The notes: a model not told the origin generated them from the sequence alone. Shown: positions 1-12,868, counted from the whole stretch's first letter. The stretch is DNA of 62,814 nucleotides, filler included, from Rhabdomonas costata (GCA_019059605.1; 16 parts of 16 records of this genome joined end to end with filler, not necessarily neighbours in it); one strand, 5' to 3'. Program-made: numbers and translations.

Positions 1-58
1 TTGTGTTGTGACTTTGGTGAGACTCCACTTTTATCGTTGTGTGTGTGAATCGATTTGG

Positions 59-106
59 ACTGCTGTGTGCTCTCTTCTTTTCACTGCTGTGTGCTCTCTT
101 CTTTTC
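59..106 (+). repeat. Tandem duplication (2 x 24 bp, ACTGCTGTGTGCTCTCTTCTTTTC) of the pyrimidine tract just before a splice acceptor
   Basis: Exact copies at 59-82 and 83-106; only the second is followed by AG (107-108). Confidence 0.9.
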
Positions 107-108
107 AG

Positions 109-1681
109 CGTGGAGGCTTTGCTGCGCCGCCTGCTTCGCGTTCTGGAGCGGTGCAAGTGCCCCAAGTGGTCTCGTTGCGTTGTGTGTGTGTGTGCATGAT
201 GCATGTGTGTGCATGAAGCATTGAGCTTTTTGTTCTTCGTGTGCTCTGCTTTAGAGGGCGTCGTGGGGGCGCTACACATCTTCATCGTGAGTGTTTGACA
301 CTGCTGAACCCTTTCACAGTGTTAGTTGGCAGACTCTTTTAATTGAGTTCCTTTTCCTTTCAGGAGGATTTGCGTGGTGCGCAGCGCATGTCGAAAAGAA
401 ACCCCCCCCTCTCCCCTTACCCGGTTCGGCACCTCTACCGCGAAGTCCTTTGTGATTTTCTTTGGCGGCCCTTTGATTTTTTTGTGTATTTGACGAAACC
501 AAATCGGCTCAGATCGATCCCTACATTCTTTTCGTGAGTGGGCGATTGTGCTTATGTGTATTTGTGTACCTGTGTGGTGGGCGGGTGTTTGTGTGCGTAT
601 TTGTGTGTGGTGTGTATATGTGTGAACAGGAGAGTGATCGGGGCGGCGTGCTGTGCCACGCCCCTGGACACCCTTCTCTCGGAGGAGACCGCGCTGCTCC
701 CGGAGAGCGCCGTACTGGAGGTCCCCGTGGCTGCGGCCCGCGAGTCTACGGGACTACTGGCCGGCACCCTCACCACGGCCGCCGCCGCGGTTGCCCCGCC
801 AGACCTGCAGGCCTTCGACCCCGCAACAATCCCCCAGCTGTACCCTCTGGGCAAGGTCGTGCACCTTGTCCTGGAGGACCCCACCCTGAAGACGTACGCC
901 CCGGTATTAACTGTTTTCTGTTTGCTGATCAGTTGTAATTGGGAAGCCCTGCTCAGTTCAATGCAACGCTCGCGCTTGCTGTGACCGCGAATGAGGTTGA
1001 TGCGGGAGTCTCGTAGTCAGAAGAGGGACGACCAGGACCGGGTACACCTCTTCCCGCTGCACTGTGCTTTTCATGAAGTCCCCCCCCCCCAATTTTTTAG
1101 CAGTCCACCAGTTTTCTCGCATGAAAACATTTCTGGATTAATTGCTGTCCCTTTGGAAGGCATCCTATTTCGACGCCTCTGGCCTCTGAAGTGAAATCGC
1201 ATTTTGAGTTAGTTGGCAGCAGGCCTTCATTCTTCGTAGTTGTTTAGGATGACAGCAAAATTACTTTGCAGCAGAAATGGGTATGTAGATAGATCTATAT
1301 GCGGATGTTTCGAGTTGTATTGGCTCAGTTTCCGCTGCGTTTCTGTTGCCGATTGTTGTTCTCGATATGTGGTAGGTACTCCATCTGTGGCTGGTCGTTC
1401 CATCGTTGAGGTAGGATTTAGTTGACCTTTGCAGTGTATGTGAGGGATTCCTTCCTGCCTTCTGATCTCATTTGTCCCAGAAGTGGGCTTCCCCGGAGAC
1501 GTTTACGGAGATTGCGGTGAACCCGGCTATGTTTGTGGAGCATCTGCCCTGGACTCTGGCCAGGGTCCTGTCCGATCTGGCCGCGGAGCAGATGTACGTC
1601 ACCGTGCCTGGGGCAGCCAGCCCACACAACCCATTGCACCCACAAAATGCTCGACAGAATGGGACTCAAAGTCTCGTTTAG
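109..1681 (+). CDS. Diacylglycerol lipase (class 3 lipase, DAGL family), 3' exons 109-168, 630-903, 1481-1681; 5' part missing
   Basis: Spliced product SVEALLRRLLRVLERCKCPKW/RVIG...PQLYPLGKVVHLV.../KWASPETFTEIAVNPAMFVEHLP matches DAGL C-terminal motifs (LYPPG.IIH; catalytic-His HLP); GT-AG borders with consistent phases. Confidence 0.8.
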
Positions 1682-2450
1682 AGTATCGCAGGATATCCTC
1701 GCGAAAAGAGAGTGTATGAGAGTGAGTGAGTGAGAAAGAGGCGCAAGCGGAGAACGAGTTGTGCGGTGGTGGTCTTTTGCCTGCGTTATGTCCCAATTTT
1801 CGGGAGAGGCAACTGGTTGGTGCGAACTGGTGGGACCTTCCCAGCGCTCCCCTCCCTTGGTTCCTTTTTTTGGCACGTTGTGCCAATATGGGGCGGCGGA
1901 TGGGTTCCCGGCTAGTGAAAGGCCTTTCGCGTGCGTGCGCACATGCGCGCGCGCACGGGCTCGCGTCCACTTCTTCACGCGCACTGAGAATCAGAGGGAA
2001 GCCCGCACCGAACCGATCCCTGCCGTTGGCTTTGACTGGTGGGTAATTGTTGCATCCCACTCCAACGCAGCTTGTGTGAGAGGCGCTATTGAGATTTTTT
2101 GGGGGTGCCGGACCTCAGGAGCTTGGGTCACGTGGGCGGCTGGTATAATTGGGCTTATAGGGTGTCTCCTACTGACGCGTCTCGCTGCTTTTCCCCAAGC
2201 GCCTTGGAATCTTTGCATTTGCCGCGTGAAATGAACCCAAGTGCTTTGGGTTGGGGGGGGGGGGGTTCAGAAAGCAGCGAGAAGTCCCCCATTGCTGGCC
2301 TTCATATCCGAATGTGAATATTCCACACACGCACACGCAACCCGCAACCTCGCCTCTTTTTCTTCTTTGATTCCGTTTCCCCTTATTTGGTATTGCTCTT
2401 CGATCGCTTCTTCTGTTGTTGGACATCCCCCCATTCCCTGCCCCCCCGCA

Positions 2451-3663
2451 ACGGTGGCGGTGGTGACGGTTCAGGTGGGCCAATGTGGCAACCAGGTTGG
2501 AGCGGAGTGGTTCTCTGTGTTGGCCCGCGAGCTCGAGAGTTGCCCGCAGGGCGCTGCACGGGAGCTCGCCACGGAGACCTTCTTCCGCGGCGGCGGCTCA
2601 GGGAATAGCGTCTCTGAGTCGCAGAGGGTCGCCCGAGCCGTTCTGGTGCCATGTCTTACTTCCCTCCCTTTGGGCGAGCGTTCTTTTTTTGCTAGGTACT
2701 ATTCCATGTTTGGCCTCCCACTCGCGTACACACTCCACGTTCGCTACCCGTGCTGCCCGTTCACCCACCCGAACGAAAAGCCCCAAGAGTCGTTTCCACG
2801 AGAAGAGGCCCAAAGGAAGGAGCAGGGAGTCGCAGAGACCTGAGTAGCAATGGAACAGTTCAGTTAGCCGCTGGAAAAAGAGCAGCTGCGCGACAAAGGC
2901 CCGGGACCCGTGGGGCAGAAGGGATGTTAGCATATTTGGAACGTTCGGCGGTGAGCCGGTTCCTCACGGCACCGTTCGCTCCAACGGCACCTCTTGCGAG
3001 CACCCGTGGCCAACAGCGCGTGTGCCCGTCAGTGGTCACCAACAACCAAGCAACCAGACAACCAGGCAACAGCCAGCGCGGAATGCACCCAACACATCCA
3101 CGGTCGCTTTTTTTCAAGTGCTTCTTGTACTCGCGCTTGAGTGCCTCTTCTCTGTCAGTTTAGGACGCTTGGCGTGTCGTAGTAATACTTTTGTTAGCCC
3201 AACTTCAAACGGGCTCTCAGGCGCACTAACAACCCAAATTCCCATAGGTGTTGAAGCGGTGGAACGCATCAACTGTCTCATACAAATTCAGAATGCTTTT
3301 AGGAACGCCGATCGGGTTGTGGGAAATTCGCATATTATCGATTAACTATTGAGAAGGGGTATCCGTTTTGTTATGCTCGCATATTCGCTTTTTCCTACAC
3401 CCACTATCTAATGTTACTCCATCACACAAACACACACACACACATCACACACCGGATCGGGAACATATCGGTGTGCATTGATAATATTCCCGTGAAGGCC
3501 AAATGCGAAGCGAATTCCAGCGCGTTAAAGCTGAGGTGGTGGGATGGTGATGCGGCGGGGCTGCCAGGTGGACACTGAGCCCAAGGCTGTGGACCAGTGC
3601 TTCGCCAGGCACAGCAGCTGGGGCTTCCGCTACGATGAGCGCCGCCGCACGCACACGTCACAG
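2451..3663 (+). CDS. TUBD1: Delta-tubulin, first exons 2451-2645 and 3568-3663; no in-frame ATG at the expected start; 3' part missing
   Basis: VAVVTVQVGQCGNQVGAEWF...ETFF...VARAVL/VDTEPKAV...WGFRYD fits the delta-tubulin N-terminus (VTVQLGQCGNQ, ARAVLVD.EPK); GT-AG intron 2646-3567. Confidence 0.85.
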
Positions 3664-3852
3664 GTGCTTGTTTTATTCCATCACCTCCGTCTCCTTTCAT
3701 GCGCTGTGGGCCACCCAGAACGTCTCGGTAGGGACCGAACCAAATATGCTTCCCTTCACTCACTTAATCCTTTGTGTTCCTTTCTGCAAACCGCTGCTGT
3801 ATAGGCTGCAATGCCCGCTGACTGTTAACATGAATGTCTTCTCTGTCTTTCT

Positions 3853-3952
3853 NNNNNNNNNNNNNNNNNNNNNNNNNNNNNNNNNNNNNNNNNNNNTTAA
3901 TTAATTAANNNNNNNNNNNNNNNNNNNNNNNNNNNNNNNNNNNNNNNNNNNN
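3853..3952. other. Artificial contig-joining linker (N44-TTAATTAATTAA-N44). The same linker occurs at 7796, 11733, 15668, 19605, 23540, 27472, 31398, 35324, 39252, 43195, 47134, 51065, 54991 and 58904
   Basis: Identical 100-bp spacer with stops in all six frames every ~3.9 kb; gene content is discontinuous across it. Confidence 0.99.
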
Positions 3953-6900
3953 CCAGTGTCCTCGTCTGAGGGGAAGCCCAGGGGTGGTGGTGCCGCGCGG
4001 GACGATGAGGAGGATGGGGAAGGTTCTAACTCTCGAAGTCGGGATGGAAGCCGTCAGGACGCGGCGGACGGGGACGGGGACGGGGAGATCGGGGAGGAGG
4101 TTGCGGAGGACCAGGCCAGCAACAGCACTCGGGACAGCGTGGTGAGAGATTAATGGAGCGTTTTGCGGAGAAAAAGGGAGAAGAGAATGTGCATGTGAAA
4201 GGAGCAGAATGGAGAGGAGTGCTGGATTGGCGGGAGGGGCAAAAAGTGGGGATTCTTGAGTCGCCCTTCATACCTGTTCTCAAAATGCGCGTCGTTAACG
4301 TCAGCGGATTGAAGTTAGTTCTACATGGAGGAAAGAATTTTAATGGAATGGACGTCCGTTCGAGTCACCTCTCTCGAGACGTTATCCCCTATTTTGGTCG
4401 GTGCCTGAATTCCTCCTTGCTGCTGAGTCCAGGGGGCAGGAAATGTCTAGGATTTGACAATTGCAATAGAACGAGTTTTCCGTTTGATTCGCTTGTTTGC
4501 TTCAAAAGCCTCTGCCTCACTCCCTCGAAACAATGCGACAGGGGGAATAATGGGGAATCTATCTATCCTGATCGTTGTCATTGTATAGAGCGGGGTGGGG
4601 TTGCCCTGGTCGTGCCCCCACCGTGCCCCCCGCACTTGCTGGTTTTGGTGATCCTTGTGCCGGATAGCGCTTAAAATATGGGTGTGCATGTGTGTGCTTG
4701 CGTTCGGATGCATGTGCGGTCTTTGCTTCTCTCTGGTGCACACTGGACCAATTAGTGACTTGTCCATTGCTGTTTTGTCTTCGTGCAGGGGGGTTGCGGT
4801 GTTCCGGTGCACGCTGAATCAGCTGGCATCATAGTCATCGTCACTTCCTGGCATCTGTTTTATGGACTTATATTGTATTTTTTTTTTGCTGAAGAGCCTT
4901 CGGAGGTTTGACCATTTTGGAGAAGTGATTTGTAAACCGTGAATGGTACATGCAACATGGTAAATGGCAAAAATGCATGCATGCATGCATGAATGCATGA
5001 AGGACCCATCCCATTTGAACGCCCGTTGTTGCACCGCCTTTGCCGGGTAGCGGCGCCATTGGTGCAGACCACTGAAGACCAGAGATACAGCAAAAGCGAA
5101 AAAAGAAAAGTCCCGCGGAAAGCCAAAAAGTAAAATTGCCCCGGATCACATTGCAGAGTAATTCCTTGAACTATTCAGCAGAGATCCAGTAGTGGTCTGA
5201 GGTATCTCCCCTCTGGTCTGATGGGGCCGCGACGAAGGATACGGTCTGAGTAAACCCCCTTTCAATAGCGAGCAGTCATGATGAAACCGGTCGCAACTGA
5301 ACTCTCCACTTGTGTCGCAGTTGTACCCAGTTGGTATTTGCCCACCTGACGGAATCTGCCAGTTTCCTTTGTGCTCTTGGATTTTTTGTTGTCGTTTTTC
5401 TCCTGTTGTGGTTGCATGAAGCATGGTATGTCTACGACCTCTGGATGACCTATATTCCAAGCTCGGGGCGCTGAACGCGAAGGCTCTGTAAAGCTCCCGT
5501 CGCGTCTGAACACAGAGGTATATCTGTTCTAGCAAATTCTCTGCACCTCTTCTTCTGCACGCCTCATCTCTGGCAATCCCAACCCTGAAAACAGCTTCAT
5601 CCCAGGCTGATCGGAATCCAAAATATTGCGCAATGTGCTGTTTGCTGAGGGTTTAGTGCTTTCTTCTTTAGTACTTCTCCGTGACCTTGCCCAACGAACC
5701 CCTAAGCAGATGATGACGTCCACGGTTTAGCATCCAAGACAGATTTCCCTTATGAGTTCCAAAAGGGTGGCGACACCCTTGTGAATTAGCTCAACAATTC
5801 ACTTTCCTGAGTGACGGACTGCTAAGGGCGTTGGTCTGGCTCCCTCGGAGTTGACGATTCAAGGAGGGGCGACAATTCGGGAACCCACGAGGGGAGGGGG
5901 GCGCATTTCCAATGAATTTGTCGTTAGCATTCGCCCTGGGTATGGGTACGGTTCTCTGGGATGGGATACCCCGTTAGCAAGGAATGTCAGAAGAGCCATG
6001 CGTACCAGACCAGCCATGTCTTCCAAACCAGTAACCGGCGATGGTTCTTGTTCATGCGTCAGAGGACAGCTGTATCTTCATATCCACGGCGTGCTGGAGA
6101 AAAGAAGCATATGTAATAAACCTGTAATGCAGAACACGATGAGGCACTTGGGTTTAGGCATTTCTAGTTGTGTTGGAAACGTTATGCAGAGTGGCCAGAA
6201 TTGCATTGGCTGTGGAGAAGCTGCTTGGGTAGGGGGTTCACAGACAACTCCCAAAGAATGTCTGCTGCCCCGCTGACCCTCGCTGGGCCTGCGGCCACGG
6301 AGATGACCCGACACCGCCAGCGGATCGCCGCCGTGCAGCCCGCCGTGGACACGTGGAACCAGTTCGTGGGGCCGGCTTTCGTCCGAAGCAGCACCGGGTT
6401 TCTGCGGTAAGCCACTGCTTATTTTGTGAAGTTTAAATTTACAGTCGTCAAGCCAACGGAAAGCAATAGGGCTTCATCATCAATTGGACCCAAAGAAAAG
6501 CAGTTCGGACTCGTTTCTGTGCTTGACTTTTCTCGAGACAGGTTTCTTAGAAAGGATAAATTGAGAAAACCAACCGCTCACAACAGCCAAACCTGAAAAC
6601 GCACCTCTGCAGTACTCGCCCTCCACTTATCGGTGCCACGCCATGAGCTCAGGTGCGCGAGGATGTTAATCGTGTCGGGAAGTGGAATAAAATAACGGCA
6701 GGTCCGAAGCAATAGCTGCAATTCCGGCAGGAGGTGCGTCAAAACGTCATTGGAAAGGGAAAATATGTACAACAGCAACAAAAACATCAAAACCCAAGTG
6801 GCTTCCAAAATTGCGTGAGGACCACATCGGACATACACACGCCAGGAGAAGGAACCAGAAAACAGGTCTCTGCCTGGCACTCACATTGCGCACGCATGCA

Positions 6901-7105
6901 TTGGCGTTGGCGTTGGCATTGGCATTCTCAGGATGCAGAGGGACCGGCAGGTGGCGCGGGACCAGGCCATCCTGGCCAGCCACATCCGCAACATCGCCTC
7001 CCCAGTGGCGGGCTACATGGCAGACCGCGTGGCGCCCGTGCAGGCCCCGCACTGTGGACGGGGTGCCTCCTCGGACTATCCTGAACCTGGCCAACATTTC
7101 CCTGG
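3953..7105 (+). CDS. Uncharacterised protein, internal exons ~3953-4142, ~6256-6406, 6932-~7105
   Basis: GC3-rich open segments with GT/AG borders; acidic low-complexity first exon; no recognisable domain. Confidence 0.5.
5150..6150 (-). mobile_element. Possible degenerate non-LTR retrotransposon (LINE) AP-endonuclease remnant inside an intron
   Basis: Stop-interrupted minus frame with DVIICLG (cf. ILLGDFN) and a downstream GDTSDHYWI (the SDH motif that ends APE domains); boundaries approximate. Confidence 0.35.
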
Positions 7106-7425
7106 GTTCGAAGCTTGTTTGCGTGCGGGCTTTGACCGCAATTGCACTTACTTATGGGGGAAGCCAGAATCTCGCTAGGGAAGAAGGAACGGCAATTTGA
7201 TGGTTGTCAAGACGAAACTGATTCTGAGACGTAGGAGATTGGCGCGGGTGTAAGCAGGTGGGAAGATGAAGGGGGAGGCACACCACAAAAAAGCGAATAA
7301 TGATGTGGGCTTCGGCATAGCTCTGTGCATCTCCTTCTAGGTGTTGACCTCAGTTCCTAGAGATAGTCAGTTCCTACAAACATGTGGTACAGCAACTTGC
7401 CGTGTTCAGGTGATTAAATTTCAGG

Positions 7426-7795
7426 GGCGAAGATCGTGTAAAGTGTTTTTGTCATGGCTTTATCATCGCTATGTCGTTTGATGCCTTCTCTATGGTTAAG
7501 GCGCTGAAATTCTGCGTGAAAACCTCTTTTTATGGGTCCACCACACACGCAGACGCCCCCTTTCCGTTTAGGGAAAAGCTGGTGAGACATAACCAGTGAT
7601 CCACTGTAATGGGTCAGCGCCCAAGAAAAAAGGAGCCTCCAAAGATGCCAGGAAAGTAAGCATGTGAAGGGAACTGTGGTGGACCTGGGTGTCGGTGGGA
7701 TGCGCACAGAGAACCAGCGGCTTAACCATAGAGAAGGCATCAAACGACATAGCGATGATAAAGCCATGACAAAAACACTTTACACGATCTTCACC
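7426..7795. repeat. 81-bp inverted repeat (7426-7506 / 7715-7795) around a 208-bp spacer; MITE-like or fold-back
   Basis: Arms are reverse complements with 2 mismatches; the right arm ends at the contig end. Confidence 0.9.
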
Positions 7796-7895
7796 NNNNN
7801 NNNNNNNNNNNNNNNNNNNNNNNNNNNNNNNNNNNNNNNTTAATTAATTAANNNNNNNNNNNNNNNNNNNNNNNNNNNNNNNNNNNNNNNNNNNN

Positions 7896-9882
7896 TTGTG
7901 TGGTGCAGTGGGGCCAGCAAGGATGGCTCCATTCGCATTGTTCGCAACGGCATTGGAATCAACGAGTTGGCCTCCATGGAGCTTACCGGAGTGAAAGGTC
8001 TGCCACCGCGTTTCTCGTGCAGTGGTGCTGGGGCGAAGGATAGATCGCAAATTAGAGTCTTGCACAAAGAAGAAAAAGCCAGGATGTCCAGGTACCTGCT
8101 GATAGGTGGGTGCTCGACCCAAATAAAACGAAGCGAAAATGCCAGGAGGCCTTGCGCTGACACTGCGTGTGTGCTCATCATTTTGCCCGAGCAACAGCTG
8201 AAACGCATCTTGCACACTGTTCGCCAAAGTAGAACAGGTCTTTGGGTAGACTGTGTGAGTTTTAATTAGCACTTCAGGAGCGTTTTCTTTCTGCGCCCCG
8301 CCTTCCCCGCTTCCTTCCTGTTTCCAGGAATGTGGTCGTTGATGGAGGGCTGCAGCACGGTGGGGGACGCCATGACGGAGGATGCCCCGCAGTGGCAGTG
8401 GAACACCCGCTTCCTGGTCATCTCCTTCATTGGAGAGACCAAACTCCTCAGCATGCAGGTCTTTTCGCGCAGAGATCCGTGCTACCCCCTCACACGCTAC
8501 AATCTGGTGAGGAAAGAAATGTAGGCTCCTCGACAGCTGTTGCATATGACCTTATAGGACCCCACAGATGTCAGAGCACAGCCCAACCAAACTTGCCGCT
8601 GGACGTCCGTCCGGGGAAACCTTTTGTATCCGTCAGCATCTGGCGAGGACGGACGTTTCGTGGCAAGAATGCGCCCAGCACCGCAAATGGGAGTCTTCGG
8701 GGTGCAGCGGGCGAGCTTGTGGAGTGGGAATTCGCTCGCAGAGAAGTGGTGATCAAAGGAGATGAGGCAGAAGGTCCTTTGGGGGTTTGCAGTTTGGGTC
8801 CTGGGCTTTTGTATAGGTTTTATATGGGGTGCATTATTGCGTTTGATCACCCCGTTTCGCCTCGTGGGCGTTTGCATGCCTTGCAGCAGGGGAGGCTGTT
8901 ATTTCGAAGCAGTCCTGATGTGCCTTTTTCGTCTGGGGTTGAGGTTTAAGTTAACGGTGGTTGGTCCCGCCTCAATTCACAGGACGAGGAGACCATTGAG
9001 GAGGCTGAGCTCCCTGGCCTTGCCATGGATGAGCCCACCCTGCTGTGCTCCAACGTGGGCTGTGCCGCCGCGGCGGCGCCGGGTCCCAGCCGCTACGTTC
9101 AGGTTCCCACCGCAGTGCTCTTTGAAAGAAAATGGGCTCGCTTTGCCTTTTTTTTTTGCCTTTGTTTTCACACCACCCGTTTCGTTTCCAGGGATTATGC
9201 TGTGACCCGGAGTCAACCGTGTTGAGTGTAGGCTTGGGAAGGGCGTGGTCTCATTAAACTGACGGTCATATGAATGCCCAGAAGAAACAAGGCAGCGAGC
9301 GCGGCTTATATCCCAGCAGTCCCAGACAACCACCATTGACAACATGACCGCTGAGCACGGATGCACTGCCACATAGCAAAGTTACTGTCCCTACCTTACC
9401 TGTTCCCAAATGACACCTTATGAATGAAACCTTAGGCTATCAATGGGTATGCTTCTTACGGTACGATCCTGTGGTTTTTGACACATTGAGGCCTAAAAGC
9501 CTGAACCATACAATCTTTTATGGCATCGTCTCACTGCACGAAGGGTGAAGCTGCCAACCGCGTGGGAAAGCGTGACCTTCCTTCCCCTGATCGAGTCTGA
9601 AATGTTCCGAGACATACGTTTGTTCATCATAGTGTGAACTGGTGGTGTATTCATACCCCCACCCCCCTCAGGTGACCCCCAAGCAGGTGCGGCTGTGCGG
9701 CCTTGGGGAGGCCGCCGGGCTGGTCTCTTCGTGGGTCCCCCCGGAGGGCCTCACTCTGAACCTGGCCAGCGGGAATCCCGCCACAGGGCAGCTCGTGCTC
9801 GCGGGCAGCCACGGCACCGTGCTGCATGTTGCCGTGTCATCGGAGGGACGACTGGAGCTGCTTCAGTATGAGCGGGCAGGGG

Positions 9883-9917
<35 letters not shown>

Positions 9918-11689
9918 GTCGGGTTTTCAGTGAGATATGAGGCGAGTCAGATCATCATCAGGAGAGGGACGATGTGGTTGGAGACAGGGGTATTTGGGAA
10001 GGCGATACCGGTGGAGTCGACAAAAACAGATGCGAGGGGCTTTTACCGTGACGGTCGGTCTGGCACATTCTCCTGGCATCTCCCTTTGCGTTGCTGCTAT
10101 GCCCCTCACCGCTTCCCGCATTCTGTCACTCCCGCTCGTTTCATGTGTGGCGCAGAAAAGCAAAGATGGGCCACGACATCGCCTGCGTGGATATCCATCC
10201 CTTCGGAGGGCAGGAGCAATCCCAGTTCTGCATTGTGGTATGCTCATGCACGACATTTTTCCGCGTTGCACAACAGCAAAACAGAAGCTCTTCGCAACGC
10301 GACAACTTGCAATCTCTTAGAGAATCTGGTTCCCTCAAACGGGGACACAGTCGTATCCCCGCAAACAGGCTTCTCCATCCATATCTGGATGCTGAAAGGA
10401 TTTTATTCGAACCCTGACCTGGCTGAAGTTTCGGATTACTTTTTGCGGGGGGGGGGGGTGTCTGAGACCGTCCTGTGTTGGTCAGGACAGCTCAGTGCAA
10501 GCTCATGTTTCCTGACTGAATCCAAGTTTCGAATTCCGAACTTCAGTTCTTTCAACAATGCTCGCCGATTTTGTTCAGTGACCTACACCAGCTTCAAGGC
10601 TAGTGTGCTCGCTTTGGTTTTTTCCAGACTCTATTCGAGCACTCTGTGAAATTCCTGGGCTGCGTATGTTTTTCTTTCCAAAAAAGGGTCTGTGGGTGGA
10701 CGTGAGCGTCAACGTTCTCAGTCTTCCCGACCTGAAGCCCGTCTACAAGGAGACCCTTTCCACAGGCCTCTCGTCTATTTTTCCCTGTTTTGATTTACCT
10801 TCAACTGGGACTGCTCGCGTCGTTTTTTGGCAGTCACGTTCTGTGTTCAGATCCGATCAGATTAGTCCTCCCTTCGTTTGAACATTTTCCGAACTGTGGT
10901 GTGATGCTGTTGACTTGAGTGCCGTTTCCAGAATGGCTTCTAATTCCTCACCCTCTTTCCCATCCTTTCCCAGTGGTGGATGGCCTCAGGTTTTGGGAAG
11001 GAAGGGCTGTGGCCGAGCTTGTTGTGCAGCTGAGTGGGCGGGTGTGTTCGCAGATCTTCTGCTGCGCTCGGTGCTATGCGCCAACTTGGGGGGCGTAGAC
11101 TACGTGTTCTGTGGGCTGGGTGACGGCAGCCTGTTCGTGTACGTCGCCACTTTTGGCGGTGGGAAATTCGAGCTGTACGTCCTGCCCACACCTCTCATGG
11201 CATACCATGGCATACCATCTCTCGCTGGGAAGGATGCTGCTGATTCACTCGTCATGATCTCCCAACCGCCCCCGACTACAACAGGTAGCCTTTTACAGGG
11301 TGTTCACAAAACTGTAGTCATTTCAGACCCAATAAGACCTTCTGAAGGATTACCATTCGTACGTGGGATTTCCGGAGACCTTCTTTGGTTGGGTAGGACG
11401 GGTAGTAAGCAATGCAACAATGGTTTTTTTTGTGGCATTGGCTTGGGAAGCGCTCCGACACCGTCCCTGCAGGCAGCTGGAGAAGAAGCTGACCATCGGA
11501 TCCCAGCCCCTGACGCTGTCCCTGTTCGCGGGTATCAGTCCCGCCGCGGCGGGGGGGCCCACGGCCCGACGGGCTTCCGCGGCGTCCGCCTCTGCGGGGG
11601 CCCAGCAGTACATCTTCGTGAACTCCGACCGCCCCACGGTGGTGTACGCGGCGCACCGCAAGCTGCTGTTCTCCAACGTTAACTTGAAG
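7896..11689 (+). CDS. DDB1: DNA damage-binding protein 1, internal exons 7896-7997, 8328-8458, 8983-9102, 9672-9865, 10156-10237, 10687-10765, 11054-11174, 11473-11689
   Basis: [78 protein letters not shown]...[10 protein letters not shown] are DDB1 signatures; all eight exons join in phase (one GC donor). Confidence 0.93.
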
Positions 11690-12385
11690 GTCTCTCCCCT
11701 GCCGTTCCGTTTGTGCAACTGGAACCACACACNNNNNNNNNNNNNNNNNNNNNNNNNNNNNNNNNNNNNNNNNNNNTTAATTAATTAANNNNNNNNNNNN
11801 NNNNNNNNNNNNNNNNNNNNNNNNNNNNNNNNGTTGGGGGGGGGTGTGGGGTTGCCGAAACGAGAAGAACAGGGGCGCAATAGTTGAGGATATCAAAGAG
11901 TCATGGAGTGGGAGGGGTGGAGGGAAGATGAAGTTCGCAGGAAGCGCTTAAAGAGCTTGGAGAACGGGCCCTTTAGGGAGCGGGGCAGGCGGTAACGGTT
12001 ATGGTTAACCGTAACCATCGGTACGGTCTTTAAGTCCCGAAGCAAATTAGGGATACACCGAGGTGGAGGGCTTGTCAGGCCGTCATCGAAAGAGACGGCA
12101 AATGCCCACAACAGAATTGGCGTACCAAGGACCAAATATGGGCTGCACTGGCGCAGCAAATACGAATCCGGAGAGCTTTTTCCCAGCTGAATAGAAACCA
12201 CGATTTTCCAAATGCTTGTCTCAACCACCATGATTTCCCAAAGGCTTGTTCGGAACATGGCGACACAGTGCGGAAATGTACATGAATCGCCAACCTTCCC
12301 CCTGCTCCCGAGCATGGTTGCAGCCTAATTCTTGCAGGTGAAGAGCTACACAACCCCTGACCACAACCCCCCGAAACATAGGTAC

Positions 12386-12717
12386 CCGGCGGCAATGGTG
12401 TGGCCCTCTACTACGCAGGCCACGGGCTTCGACAGCCGCAGCGGGGTCCGGGCCATCCGGTTCAGCGCGGTGACCATCGTGAACAGCTCGTCGTGGTTGG
12501 TCATCCCGCTGACCTCGTTGAGGTCCAGCCCGGCGCAGAACGTGCTGGGGTGCATCGAGCGGACCAGAATCCCCTTCACTCCGTCCGCCTCCTCGGCCTC
12601 TTCGTAGGCACTCACCAGCTCTGTGACCAGAGCCTTGCTGAGGGCGTTCACTGGGGGACGGTTCAGGGCGAGCACTTGGATGCCCCGGACCAATGACGTC
12701 TTGATCAGAGAGGACAT
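12386..12717 (-). CDS. Enoyl-CoA hydratase/isomerase (crotonase family, ECI-like), first exon
   Basis: LNRPPVNALS...FCAGLDLNE...KPVACVVEGHTIAAG; GT donor at 12385. Confidence 0.88.
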
Positions 12718-12868
12718 ACTTTCCTCAACTTCTCACAATAAGTGCGTGTATTTTGGGTTTCAGGGTGTGGACAACACCCAAAAGTCACCACTTCCACCCA
12801 ACTGAAACCCACAGTCCCAGGGCAGTAGATGGAGTGGGAGCTTTCAATCAAGTAGGGGAAAGCGATGG

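Noticed and set aside
3853..3952. Regularly spaced TTAATTAATTAA motif resembling a repeat array
   Set aside because: Synthetic six-frame-stop linker between concatenated contigs; gene neighbourhoods across it are meaningless
5278..5350. ATGATGA...CTGA resembling a C/D box snoRNA
   Set aside because: Weak terminal stem, no identifiable guide, and it lies within a probable retroelement remnant
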